Origin: Chiloscyllium plagiosum
Taxonomy: Eukaryota
Direction of reading: 5' to 3'
Assembly (NCBI RefSeq): GCF_004010195.1
Contig: NC_057719.1
Location: 29,823,100-29,887,099, forward strand
Length of the DNA: 64,000 bases
In this document: positions 51,641-64,000 of the stretch, piece after piece
Layout of the letters: each line of letters begins with the position of its first letter
Numbering within the stretch: the first letter of the stretch is position 1
The notes under the pieces: generated by a model
Databases searched by the model: none
Seen by the model: only the letters and a program-made list of their open reading frames with translations
Told to the model about the DNA's origin: nothing
Program-made: the position numbers and the translations under genes

Positions 51641-54372
51641 TGAACAGCTTGGTTGGGGGAGCAACAACACCTGGAGCACAAGTCTTCAGCATTATTGCCG
51701 GAATGTTGTCAGTGCCCATAGTCTCTGCAGTATCCAGTGCCTCCAACCGTGACTGGATATCACTTGGAGCGAATCTAATAATTGGCTGAAGATTGGTATC
51801 TGTAATGCTCGGGACTACTGGAGGAGGCTGAGATAGGTAATCTACTTGGCACTTCTGGCTGAAGATTGCTGCAAAAGCTCTAGCCTTATGTTTTGCACTG
51901 ATGGATGGGGATATTTGTGGAGCCTCCTCCTCCAGTAAGTTGTTTAATTGTCCACCGCCATTCACGTCTGCAGAGCTTAGATCTGATCCGTTAGTTGAAG
52001 GATCTCTTGGCTCTGTCTATCACTTACTGCTTATGCTGTTTGGCATGCAAGTAGTGCTATTTCGTGGCTTCACCAGGTTGACACCTCATCCTCAGGTATG
52101 CCTGATGCTGCTCCTGGCATGCCTTTCCATTGAAACAGGATTGATCCCCTGGCTTGTTGGTAACGGTTGAGTGGGGTATATGCTGAGCCATGAGGTTACA
52201 GATTGTTCTGGAGTACAATTTTGCTGCTGTTGATGACCCACAACGCCTAAAGGATGCTGAGTCCTGAGTTGCTAGATGTGTTTGAAGTCTCTCCCATTTA
52301 GCACAGTGATAGTGCCGCACAACATGATGGATGTTATTTTCAATATGAAGGTGGGACTTCATTTCCACAAGGACTATGCAGTGGTCACTCTCACCAATAC
52401 TGTCATGGACAGATGTATCTGTAGCTGGCAGATCGGCAAGGATGAGGTCAAGTATGTTTTTCCCTTTTGTTGGTTCCCTGACCACCTGCCACAGACCCAG
52501 TCTAGCAGCTATGTCCTTTAGACCCAGCTCGATCAGTGTACTGCTGCCAAGTCATTCTTGGTTGTGGACATTGAAATCTCCCAACCAGAGTACATTTTGT
52601 GCCCTTACCATCCTCAGTGCTTCCTCTAAGTGTTGCTCAACATGGAAAAGTAGTGATTCATCAGTTGAGGGAGGACTATACTTGGCAATCAGCAGGATGT
52701 TTCCTTGCCCATGTTTAACCTGAAGCCACGAGACTTCATGGGGTCTGGAGTCAATGTTGAGGTTTCCCAGAGCAACTCGCTCCTGATTGTATACTGCTGT
52801 GCCACCACCTCTGCTGGATCTGTCCTGCCAGTGAGACAGGACATATGGTGATGTCTGTAACATAGTCATACTCATGGGATCATAACTTAGAGTCAGGCTG
52901 TTGCTCTTCCAATTTTGGTATTAGCCCCCAAATGTTAGCGAGGACGACTTAGCGGGGTCATCAGGGCTGTTTCTGCTGTCTTTTCCGGTACCTAGGTGAT
53001 GCATCTGGTTTCATTTCTTTGAGACTTGGTAGTGATTAGTACAACTGAGTGGCTTACTAGGCTATTTCAGAGGGCTGTTGAGAGTCAACCACACTGTTGT
53101 GGGCCTGTAGAGAAATGTCGGCCAGACCAGGTGAGGATGGCAGATGTCCTTCCCGAAAGGCCATTAGTGAACCTGATGGGTATTTCCGACAACTGACAAT
53201 GATTTCATGGTGATTAGTAAATAGTTAATTCCAGATTTTTAAAAATTGAATACAAATTCCACTATCTGTGGCAGGATTCAAACCCAGGTCCCCAGAACAC
53301 TTACTGAGTTTCTGGATTAGTAATTTTAACGATAAAATGTTTTGGTTTTTTTAACTACCATTACTTCCACCTGAACCTTACCAAATAAATGGGTGAATTA
53401 AAAATGGAATGGAATGGGAGGGGACTCCTCAGATACTCTTTGGACATCCAAGACCAGTTTGATGCAGTTTTCAGGAGCCATAAATACCACCTATGATGTA
53501 GTGAGTGGCCTAACCACTGGTTTCTAACTCTCTATTTTACTTGTGTGGACCACTGTCCAGCCAGCTTGTAGTTATTGGATTTCTGAAAGGAGAAGGGAAC
53601 ATGAGTCAGGTTGTGATTGGTGGCAGGAGAAAACAAGTGAAGAGGTGAATTCCCTTGCAGATTTGTTCCTCTGTATCCTTCCCACTGGTTGGTTTATGTA
53701 TTACACAAAGCAATGTATTTGCACAGTTCTTATTCCTTAGCTCTTTAAAACACATACATTCAACTAAAAATAGGATTTGAGGTTGAAAAACAACAGGAAT
53801 GTTGCAGATTTTGCCGTGTGATCATGAACTCTTGAAAGAGGTGTTTTCTTTTTTAGTTAAAAATCACACAACACCAGGTTATAGTCCAACAGCTTTAATT
53901 GGAAGCACTAGCTTTTGGAGCGACACTCCTTCATCAGGTGGTTGTGGAGGACACAATTGTAAGACACAGAATTTATAGCAAAAGTTTACAGTATGATGTA
54001 ACTGAAATTACACATTGAAAAATACCTTGATTGTTTGTTGAGTCTTTCATCTGTTAGAATACCATGATAGTTTCACTTCTTTCATATGTAAATCACAAAA
54101 CTTTTTTTAAAAAAAAGTTACATTCCCAAGTTAACTGTAACAATTGGTGTCAGTCAGATAATATGTTGAAGGTGTTAGCCCCCTGTGTTCCCTGTCTGTG
54201 CCATAACGTTTCGACTGATTCTAACCTAAAAAGTGAGTTAACAGAGTCTTACATGGATTCATGCAATTTTTGAGCAAAATAAAATGTAACTCTGCAAGTA
54301 CAAATTCCCCCAAAAACGTATATGTGTGTGTGTCTGTCTGTCTGGGGTGGGGGGTTGTGAGTGTGAGAGAGA

Positions 54373-54373
<1 letters not shown>

Positions 54374-54422
<49 letters not shown>

Positions 54423-54440
54423 GTGTGTGTGTATGTGTAT
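54374..54440 (+). repeat. (GTGTAT)n microsatellite in the left arm
   Basis: Direct reading of the sequence. Confidence 0.95.
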
Positions 54441-55099
54441 GTTGTGCAATGGTGGTCACCTGTAGTGTGACATGAACCGAAGGTCCCGGTTGAGGCCCTC
54501 CCTATGGGTACGGAACTTAGCTATCAGCCTCTGCTCTGCTAAGTTCCATACCCATAGGGAGGGCCTCAACCGGGACTTTGGGTTCATGTCACACTACAGG
54601 TGACCACCATTGCACTACACAGACACACACAGACTTAGACACTCTACACTCACATACACACACATATACACTCTCTTTCACACTCACAACTCCCCACCAC
54701 AGACAGACAGACAAACACACATGCCCACATATATATTTGTGGGGTGAATTTGTACTTGCAGAGTTACATTGTACTTTGCTCAAAATCTGCGTGAATCCAT
54801 GTAAGACTCTGTTAACTCACTTTTTAGATTAGAATCAGTCTAAACATTATGGCATAGACAACAGTACACAGGTGGCTAACACCTTTAACATATTATCTGA
54901 CTGACACCAATTGTTACAGTTAACTTTAACTTTTTAAAAAGTTTTATGATTTACATATGAAAGAAGTGAAACTATCTTGGTATTCTAACAGATGAAAGAT
55001 TCACAGACAATCAAGGTATTTTTCAATGTGTAATTCAGTTACATCACACTGTAAACTTTTGCTATAAATTCTGTGTCCTAGAATTGTGTCCTCCACAAC

Positions 55100-55134
55100 C
55101 ACCTGATGAAGGAGCGGTGCTCCGAAAGCTAGTG
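55100..55134 (+). ncRNA. Minimal hammerhead motif (PLE family 2), intact core
   Basis: CAC-CTGATGA-A-GGAGC-GGT-GCTCC-GAAA-G-CTA-GTG. Confidence 0.7.
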
Positions 55135-55626
55135 CTTCCAATTAAAGCTGTTGGACTATAACCTGGTGTTGTGCGATTTTTAACTTTGTACACCCCAGTT
55201 CCACATTGGCATCTCCAAATCATTTATTTTTTAGGGCTCACAGAATGCAGGACAGCATACAGAAATCACGTGTGGGAGTAAACTTGGCATTTTTCTGCAG
55301 CCCTTCAGAATTTGGGCCAACCTCAGAGAAGCTGCATATCTATTTTGCGCCTAAGGTCCTCCTGACCTGTGAGAAACCCACAATAAAAAGACAGAGGATA
55401 ATTGTATTTCCAGCAAAACAAAAATTACGTTCAGTGTATTGCATGCTGATTTGCACCTCATTTGGAGAATGAAATCAGACTCAAAGTATTTGTTATGAAC
55501 CATGCGGCAAATTTCATGTCTTATTTTTATTTTTGTGCTTTTTAAAATGGTGGACTGAAATGAGAAAGAACTGTTTTAAAATCAACATGGCAAGCATCAT
55601 TGAAATACCTACTTGAAAAAGAAGTA

Positions 55627-55800
55627 CAGAGGAACCTCGATTATCCAAAGGACACAGGCGGGGAGTTTTTCATTCGGTTAATCGAATTCTGGAGAATCCA
55701 ATGCCGGATAACACAGTTTAGCCAAGCATCGGGACATTGCGATCTTGCCAGATAATCTGAAATTCAGATAATCGAATGCTGGCTAATCGAGGTTCCTTTG
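55627..55800. mobile_element. Tc1/mariner-pogo (Tigger-like) MITE
   Basis: 21-bp TIRs cagaggaacctcgattatcca / tggctaatcgaggttcctttg (2 mismatches), flanked by TA on both sides. Confidence 0.85.
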
Positions 55801-57047
55801 TAATTGAAATTTGAATAAATGCATGATTTTAGTGTCACGTGTATTTTACAGTGAAAAAAACACTATAATACACTGAAACGCATTTCCACTGTTCCCATTA
55901 GCTGCACCATTTTGAATGGTTTAAGCGTAAAAGAAAAACTGGAAAGATATAGCTTAGAGAGTCTGGAAGTCCTGAGCTAGCTCATCATCATTGATGCCTG
56001 TACTGCCATCCGTCCTGTGCTGCCCCACTGCCATCTACACTGGACCCAACCAATGGTGAAGTGGTTACTCTTCAGTCGCCATCTTTCACCGCTGGGCCAG
56101 TTCTCCTCTGTCCACCGCCTTAGTGCCATCTGTGCCAGATCCATCAACGTCAGAATCATCTCTTGTCGCTGGGTCCATGTCACCGTTGATACCCTTACGC
56201 CACCACTTCACCGCCTCCAGGCTGGACCCACCCAATGATGAAGTCGCTGATTTTCAGGCATCCTCTTTCACTGCTGGACCTACCTGAAATGTTGCCTCAG
56301 GTGATGTGGCAGCAGTCGATTACGGTGCCAGGTCCCATGCTCACTCCATTAAAGTAAGTGAGGGCTCACTGAAGTACATTCTGGACTTACTCACTACTAC
56401 CACTAGGTCCACACTGGGCCCACTCGATTCCAATCTGGGCTCACTCACCAGCACCACGACTCTGCGTTGGGAATCCAGACTGGCGCCAATGCTGTCCACG
56501 CTGAGAACAAGGGGTAAGTTAAGGAAAAGAGAAGAAAATAAACAAGAAGAAAATAAGAAAAGGAAAAGATAAGTGGTCGGAGCAAATGATCCCTGGCTCA
56601 GGAGCCCTAGGTTGCAGACAAACTGGAGTTGTGTAGATGTAGATGGAGCTTTGACTGGAATAAGAGTTTGATTCGTCTAAGGACTAATGATCACTCATTG
56701 ATGATCAAGGCCTTTTGTCTGCCAACAACTGTGCAATTGGTTTTCAGATAACTAAACAATTTGTTGCTGGGAACAAGATACAAAAAACTGACCAGGTTTC
56801 CAATACCCAGGAGCTCTTTCTCCATTCTCCATGGTAAACTACTTTAAACTGAACAAAACCAGTGTATCTTTCCTTCAGTTTCTGTAAACTTTGACTTTTC
56901 ATAGATAATCAAAGGTCTTTTGTTAGTGAACCAGCCACCCTGTGCTTCTCTCAAACTGGTGGAAGCATTTGGGAAAGAAAACTGAGAAGGAACGTTCTGA
57001 TCAACATGAACCAACTCAGTAGATCTTGCAAACAAAGGCTACTATAA

Positions 57048-57140
57048 AATGAAGAGCTTATGCTTGAAACATCAACTCTCTTGCTCCTCAGATGCTGCCT
57101 AATCAACTGTGCTTTTCCAGCACCCCACGTTTTGACTCTG
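57048..57140 (+). mobile_element. Degenerate PLE family 1 terminal fragment
   Basis: atgaagagcttatgcttgaaacatc...gatgctgcct...gcttttccagcac. Confidence 0.6.
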
Positions 57141-59373
57141 TATTCCTCTATGACTCTGCTGAGCTGCTTTTCCAGATTCCCTTTCTCCAATGTCTGTGTT
57201 TTTGTCATGTATGTGTGCAAGGGGAGTTTACAAGGGCATTGAGTTTAATTAGTAGTGTTATATGCAAATGATTTGTACCTGCTTACTTGTAGCTAGAGTC
57301 TAATTATTTGTAAAAACTATTCTTAAGTACAGAAAACTTGTTTCCTATCAACCTGGGTCTGAAAATAAGGTACATTTGGAAATCTTTACACACTTTTATT
57401 TTGAAAGCTCTAAATCTTGTTATGACTCTAGGAAAAGCAGGACTTGATTACCAACGACCTCCCCCAACTGAGTTATGACATTGCTCTTGTGTTTTGCCTC
57501 CATACACAAATAACCTGAGTCTCTGATCACCCCAAATCTTTACTTTGCTATCCCTTTGCCTTACATGCATTTGCAAAAACTTCTTTTTGATTTCTTTCCA
57601 GTTGTTTTGAGGTTTACAATATACTCTTGTTAGTTGTATTCTAATTTGAGTCAAAACTGAAAATAGTTCAAGCTGCACACCAACTCAGTTTTAAGTTTGT
57701 TAAAAGGTCAAATGTTTCCCCATTATTTCATGGACTCATAGAATGTTGGGGGCAGTGGAAGTCAAAGGTCAGTTTGGTGGTCTGTCAGCTCAGAGTGTGA
57801 CTCCTGGGGAAGGGTTGGAGGGGGCTGTCTACTATTTGTGTGGGATATGGCTGGACCCAGGTGAGGTGAGGGAGAAGGTTGGTGTTAGTTGTGTGTTTGT
57901 TCATGTGGGGAAATGAAGTGTTTTTGGGGATCAGTGGGAAGCGGGTGGGGGGTAGTGAAGAGAGTTCACTTTAACAAATGAAACAATCTGAAGTCTCTTC
58001 AACCAAACTGTTTCTGATTTAAAGTTACAATTATCCAGGAGTTCAGCAGGTTTTAATCCAACTTAAGTTTTCTTTTTAGATCAGCAATTAAGGTAGGTCA
58101 CAATCTTCTAAAATGTCTGACTGTAGTCCAAGAGTTGGGTACATTTTTGTAGGATTCCAAATGTTACATAATTGCTTATCAGAAGTTTCAACTTCCTGGG
58201 TAATTACTGCTGTGTCAATTGCATTGGGATTTCTGCATGGTCCCTTCCACGCAACTCTAGTCTACATTTCAGAAATGACTATCTTCCTTTCAGAAGATTT
58301 GGGTCTCATTATTTCCTTCGTGAAAACCCTGCATTATTTTAAATATCCCTGTTAATGATGCTGCCATACCTGCCCACCCACCCAAAATCCATTCTGCTTT
58401 TAAAAGGACATATCCCATTTCTGCAGTTTAACTACACAAATGAAGTCTTTAATGCCTGTATATAATCTTGATGTTTTTGCTATAGTGTACTGCCCAGAAT
58501 TAGTCACATTACCCTTGTTTGGGCCAAATCAGCATTTTGTACAGGATTTGTGTGACTTCATTGCAAATTGAGTCATAGTTGGAATATAAAACACAGTCTT
58601 GTCAGTCTTTTTAACTTCACAGCCTTCTCGGCTTCACAGGCTAGTGGATATAAATCCCCAGATCTCTATGTTCCTACGCCCCCTTTAATTTTGTGCCATC
58701 TAATTTATATTACTTCTCATATACCTGCCAAAATAACTAATTTTCATCTGCTATGTGTCGACCTGTTTCACCAGTCTATGCCCTCCAGTCCCTCACCTTG
58801 TTTTACTGCATTTCATAGTTTTTTATCATCAACACAATTTAAAATTATTTCCTTGTACTGAAATCCAAACAATTAACATTTTTCAAAAATATTTCGGAGA
58901 AAGAAGGAAATTACCTGATAACTGGCTAGATCTTTTAAAATGTATTATTGTCTCTTTTTATAAAGAAATTACTTCCCGAAGTAGAAATCTATGCATTAAG
59001 TGATTGCTGTCACTGCCAAATTTAAAGGGAGAAATTCACTTGAGAATTTTGCCGTTGGGTATTGCAATAATTATAGCAGTACTAATTATGGGACCAATCA
59101 TTATAATGTTGATTTGATTACAGAACAGGATAATAAAATTCAGCTTTCAGCAAAATTAGTATGTAAGTGAATGTGAACTTAACAGACAATTAATACACAT
59201 TCAGTAGCTGTTACAACTAATACTTGAAAAACTAAAACCTTTCAGATTTCTTTTTAAGCCTACATTTAAGTGCTGCAAAATGATGTTATGTATCAAAGCT
59301 AAGTTTCACCAGAATGCATTATTTCATGCTGAATCTCCTTTTTGTGAAACATGATTTGATGGAAGAACAATTT

Positions 59374-59758
59374 TAGATTAGATTACTTACAGTGTGGAAA
59401 CAGGCCCTTCGGCCCAACAAGTCCACACCGAGCCGCCAAAGCGCAACCCACCCAGACCCATTCTCCCACATTTACCCCTGCCCCTAACACTACGGGCAAT
59501 TTAGCATGGCCAATTCACCTAACCTGCACATTTTTGGACTGTGGGAGGAAACCCACGCAGACACTGGGAGAATGTGCAAACTCCACACAGTCAGTTGCCT
59601 GAGGCAGGAATTAAACCCGGGTCTCTGGCGCTGTGAGGCAGCAGTGCTAACCACTGTGCCACCGTGTCGCCCAATTTCTTTTTTTTCTTTAATAGATTAG
59701 ATTAGATTAGATTAGATTAGATTACTTACAGTGTGGAAACAGGCCCTTCGACCCAACA
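59374..59758 (-). mobile_element. HE1-like SINE (59374-59672) plus adjacent duplicate 3' tail (59693-59758)
   Basis: Full SINE reverse complement; second (GATTA)n-acttacagtgtggaaacaggcccttcg tail. Confidence 0.85.
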
Positions 59759-60399
59759 GTTCTAAGAAAAGTATTCCTGTCATTCTGAAACCTGTAGACC
59801 TTGCATGTTGACTGATTTGTGGCTGAAGCTTGAACCATGCCTGTCTGTCTGAAACACAATCACTTTTGAAAAACAGAAATGATAATTGAAAAATAGTACC
59901 AAATCTATTGTTGGTGTTGATTTGTACCTCAAGGCACAAAACCAATCTGGTGTATGCATACTTGTCTATATTTTCAATTTTGATGGAGAGTGCAGTACAA
60001 AATTGAGTTTGGAGTTGATCCAATTTTAGCAAATCATTATGCTGTGCTTGACAGTTCAGTAATTGAATGAGCTTTTATGTCTTCTACTTGGTGTCAGAGG
60101 TATTGGTGTTTTCTTTCCCTTTTTAAATTTCTCCTCTCCTGAAAGCAACACTCAACCTATTTCTTTTTGGTTGGATGAAAGTCATGAACCTGTCGCATAA
60201 TTTCCTGAGCATTACAGGACAACATGCTCTGCCATCTGCTGTAATTGTTTTTGATTAAACACTAGAATCACATGAAAGCTTTTTTTATAATAGCACCAAA
60301 TTTTGTTTTTGTTATGTACTAAGGTTTACTGTCATAGAAAACAAAATAAAGGTTTAGTTTCATTCTGGATCTTGCTTGTTCTAACGTTGATAGATTGAT

Positions 60400-60533
60400 T
60401 ATAATCGCAATTCCAGAATTTTGAATTCAAATTTCGGCACCAACAAATGTGGGATTTGAACTCGAGTCTCCAGAACATTAGCTGTTTTTTTGGATTTTCA
60501 GACCAGTGACAGTACCCCCATACCACCACCCTC
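60400..60533 (-). mobile_element. tRNA-like head of the family B LINE/SINE
   Basis: Minus strand gtcactggtctgaaaatcca..gctaatgttctggag..gagttcaaatccca..gaaatttgaattcaa. Confidence 0.5.
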
Positions 60534-60548
60534 ACAGGATAGGGGTGT

Positions 60549-60551
<3 letters not shown>

Positions 60552-60591
<40 letters not shown>

Positions 60592-60597
60592 ATGTAT
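60552..60597 (+). repeat. (GT)n(GTAT)n compound microsatellite
   Basis: Direct reading of the sequence. Confidence 0.95.
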
Positions 60598-60852
60598 AGT
60601 TAGTGGTGGTGAGGTGGGAGGTCCAATTGCATGGAAAATTATGGAAAAAATTAAAGTGTGGAGGGGAGGTGTTGCTCAGCAGAGGTTAAAGTTTCCAGAA
60701 CAAGTAATAGGACAGAGTATGGAAAGGGTCAGTAATCTAACTTCAGGCACAGCAGACAAGAGGATAACTATGAGAAGGGGACAGTCAACACAGGACTGAT
60801 GGTACTTAAATGCACGGATTATTCAAGACCAGGTAAATGAGCTTGTTGTATC

Positions 60853-61158
60853 TGATTAGATTAGATTAGATTANNNNNNNNNNNNNNNNNNNNNNNNNNN
60901 NNNNNNNNNNNNNNNNGTATACCACCCAGACCCATACTCCTACATTTACCCCTTCACCTAACACTAGGGACAATTTAGCATAGTCAATTCACCTCACCTG
61001 CACATTTTTTGGGGATTGTGGGAGGAAACCGGAGCACCCGGAGGAAACCCACGCAGACACGGGGAGAATGTGCAAACTCCACACAGAGAATCGCCTGAGG
61101 CGGGAATTGAACCCGGATCTCTGGCGCTGTGAGGCAGCAGTGCTAACCACTGTGCCAC
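60853..61158 (-). mobile_element. HE1-like SINE (contains N gap 60874-60916) inserted in a decayed CR1 endonuclease region (~60790-61690, +)
   Basis: SINE body is clear. Flanks encode YLNARII, LNIQG and GSSDHN-like CR1 EN motifs. Confidence 0.8.
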
Positions 61159-61689
61159 TTTGAAATCTGCCAGTTTCAATCTGTGCAATGTTGTGGGTAT
61201 CACAGATGTGGCTGCAAGAGGATCAGGCCTGTGAACTAAATATCCAAGGATAGACAGGCAAATGGTCAGAGGGGTAGGGTTGACTTATTAGTAAATAAAT
61301 TAAATCGATAGCAAGAAATGATTATAGAGTCAGAAGACCTAGATTCTGTGCGAGTAGAGGTGAGGAACTCCTGATTGGAGTTGTGTACAGTTCTCCTAGC
61401 AGTACTCAGGATGTAGGGAAGAAATAAATCAGGAGGTAGAAAAGGTATACAAGAAAGGCACTATTACAATAATCATGAGAACTTCAATATGCAACTAGAC
61501 TGGGAAAATCGGGTTGGTAGTGGATCTCTAAGGATTTTGTGAAATGTCTATAAATTTTTTTTTTGGAGCAGCTTGTAGTAGAGCCTTGGGCAATAGGCAA
61601 TTCTGGATTTTGTGATTTATAATGAGGCAGGCTTGATTAGGGAGTAAAGGTGAAGGAACCCATAGGGAGCAGTGACCATAATATGCAAG

Positions 61690-63958
61690 CAGAAGTCATG
61701 CAGAAAGTAGTACAGTGCTGGTCTGAGGCAGCGGAAGAGCTGTTCTGGGACTACCTGGAATTGATATATTCAAGTATTCAGCAGCTAACCTAGGTGAGTA
61801 CGCCACCATCATCACTGACTTCATTAGCAAGTGTGTAGAGGACTGCGTGCCATAGAAGGCAATCCATACGTTCCTCAACTGGAAACCATGGATGAACGAG
61901 ACAGTCTATTGTCGACTGAAAAATGTGTTGCTGGAAAAGCGCAGCAGGTCAGACAGCGTCCAAGGAGCAGGAGAATCGACGTTTCAGGCATAAGCCCTTC
62001 TTCAGGAAGATGCCCGAAACGTCGATTCTCCTGCTCCTTGGATGCTGCCTGACCTGCTGTGCTTTTCCAGCAACACATTTTTCAGCTCTGATCTCCAGCA
62101 TCTGCAGTTCTCACTTTCTCCTAGTCTATTGTCTACTGAAGACCAGGCATGCAGCGTTTAAGTCAGACAACCCAGACCTTTACAGTAAATGATATGACCT
62201 CAGCAAGATCATTAAAGATGCCAAGAGGCAATACTGGACTAAGGTAGAGACCTAAACTAACCATATGACACCCGTACTCTGAGGCAAGGCCTGCATGACG
62301 TGACTGGCTACAAAATTAAGCAGAACACTATAGCAGGCAAAAATACATCCCTCCCTGATGTGCTCAATGCTTTGTATGCTCGGTTTGAGCAGAAGGTCAG
62401 TGAAACTGTGTCATCTGCCCCGACAGCCTCAGACACACCTGCCTTCTTGAGAGTGAACCCACAGAAAGTGAAAAAGAAGGAAAGATGGAATCCCTGGCCG
62501 TGTACTTAGATCCTGTGTGGACCAGCAAGTGGGAATATTTGCTGACATCTTTAACCTTTCCTTGCTATAATCTGAAGTCACCACCTGCTTCAAGAAGACC
62601 ATCACCATCCTGATACTATAGAAGACACAATGCACATGCCACAGTGACTACCACTCGGTGGCTGTGATCTCTATAATAAAGAAGTGCTTAGCGAGGTTAG
62701 TCATAGCTCACATTAACTCTAACCTCCCAACCTGCCTCCATCCTTTGCAATTTGCCTACCAGCGCAACCGGTCCATGGCAGACACTGTTTCCATCGCCCT
62801 ATCGCTCATCCCTGGAGCAACTGGATAATAAGGATACCCACGTCAGGCTTCCACTTATTGACGACAGCTCTGCTTTCAACATTATAATCCCACACAAACT
62901 AATGTCCAGACTTTGAGACCTAGGTCTCTGCTCCATCTTCTGCAACTGGATCCTTGACTTCCTGACCCACAGCAATCCGTGAAGATAGGCAACAGCACCT
63001 CCTCCATGAAAATCCTCAACACCAGCACCCCACAAGGATGCATACTCAGCCCCCTACCATACTCCCTATGTACTCGTGCCTGTATGACAAAATTTCATCC
63101 AAACTCGTTCTACAAGTTTACTGACAACACTACTGTTGTAGGCCGGATATTAAACAGTGCTGAGACAAAATGTAGGAAAGATAGGGTGCTTGGTGACATG
63201 GTGCAAAGATAACAATCTTTCCATCAACGTCAGCAAACCCAAAGAGCTGATCATCGACTATAGGAAGCCTCTCTCGACGTCAATGGAGCTGGCATGAAGG
63301 TGGTCGAAACCGTCACGTTCCTAGGAGTGACAATCACCAAAAATCTGTCCTGGACCACCCATATTGATGTGATGGTCAAGAAGGCACAACAATGCCTCTT
63401 CTTCCTCAGGAAGTGAAGGAAATTTGGCATGTCCATAAGGGCCCTTATCAACTTTTACAGATGCACCATAGAAAGCATTTTATCCGGATGCATCATAGCT
63501 TGGTACAGCAATTACTTTGCCCAGGACTGTTAGAAACTACAGGAAGTTGTGAACACAGCGCAGACCATCACACAAGCCAACCTTGCCTCTATTGATTCTA
63601 TCAACACTTCTTGTTGCCAGGGAAAGGTAGCCAACATCATCAAAGACTCCTCCCAACCAGTTATCTCTTCCAACCTCTTCTTTATGGCAGAAGTTACAAA
63701 AGTTTAAACACATGTATCAACATGTTCAAGAATAGTTTCTTTCCCGCCGTTGTTAGACTGCTGAATGGACATCTCAAATTTCAGACCTAATGTTTATGTT
63801 GCTTTTTGTGCACTTTCTTTGCAGCCATAACTTTGTATTCCTTGCTCTGTTCAATCACCCTATGATCTTTGTGTCTTTGTATGTTATGATCTGCTGTACT
63901 GCAGGCAAAACAAAACTTTTCACTGTACTTAGGTACATGTGGCAATAAATCAATCAAA
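61690..63958 (+). mobile_element. Rex1/Babar-type LINE, 5'-truncated and decayed
   Basis: TDFISKCVEDCV, WKPWMN, IFNLSL, PLQFAYQRNRS, SSAFN, STPQGCILSP, KFTDNTTVVG; 3' tail cactgtacttaggtacatgtggcaataaatcaatc. Confidence 0.8.
61921..62122. mobile_element. PLE family 1 short fold-back insertion inside the Rex1-type LINE
   Basis: Inverted arms meet at the ribozyme motif; 18-bp TSD agtctattgtcgactgaa (61903-61920) / agtctattgtctactgaa (62123-62140). Confidence 0.85.
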
Positions 63959-64000
63959 ATGTGATAGAATTTACCCTGCAGTTTGAGAGGGAGAAGATTG

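Larger units (their letters stand above)
47890..53325 (-). mobile_element. LINE family B (APE-RT, CR1/L2-related), near full length, decayed, hosting nested insertions
   Basis: EN motifs NIWGLIPKL, VLWLGDFNVH, NILDLIL, SDH; RT motifs NYHPISLL, QFGSRSGHSA, QQDLDNIQAW; 3' tail at 47890-47980; tRNA-like head at 53040-53325. Confidence 0.85.
53857..55222. mobile_element. PLE family 2 long fold-back insertion (arms ~53857-54521 and 54538-55184, plus 3' tail)
   Basis: Arms are reverse complements. Centre encodes the PLE C-terminus EQRLIAKFRTHREGLNRD..FMSHYR*. TSD tttcttttttag (53845-53856) / tttattttttag (55223-55234). Confidence 0.9.

Noticed and set aside
54249..54470. ORFs with HT/HI/VY dipeptide repeats
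   Set aside because: Translations of the (GTGTAT)n microsatellite.
1..64000. Prokaryotic systems (operons, CRISPR, retrons, defence islands)
   Set aside because: Sequence is vertebrate-type with no dense coding; all RT-like ORFs belong to non-LTR or Penelope retroelements.

Overview
Eukaryotic, AT-rich, repeat-dominated vertebrate DNA. It is most likely a cartilaginous fish (shark), inferred from HE1/V-SINE-like SINEs with (TAATC)n tails, a Deu-domain SINE and abundant CR1 LINEs. The only host-gene signal I can support is a CpG-richer promoter region and a probable first coding exon at 5111-5333 (+). The rest looks like a very long intron filled with decayed, often nested transposons: CR1 LINEs (one near full length), a second APE-RT LINE family, Rex1/Babar, RTE, at least four Penelope-like element (PLE) families, a pogo-type DNA transposon, a MITE and many SINEs. 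Almost all entries in the ORF track are TE debris or noise. The most notable signals are: (1) minimal type I hammerhead-ribozyme motifs in four PLE families, with covarying stems; (2) fold-back PLE insertions with long target-site duplications (TSDs), including a ~1.37 kb hairpin; (3) short PLE insertions whose 5' ends cluster at the ribozyme core; (4) an apparently single-ORF LINE with a tRNA-like (Pol III) head shared with a SINE. Two assembly gaps are present. Repeat boundaries were set by eye and are approximate unless a TSD is quoted.
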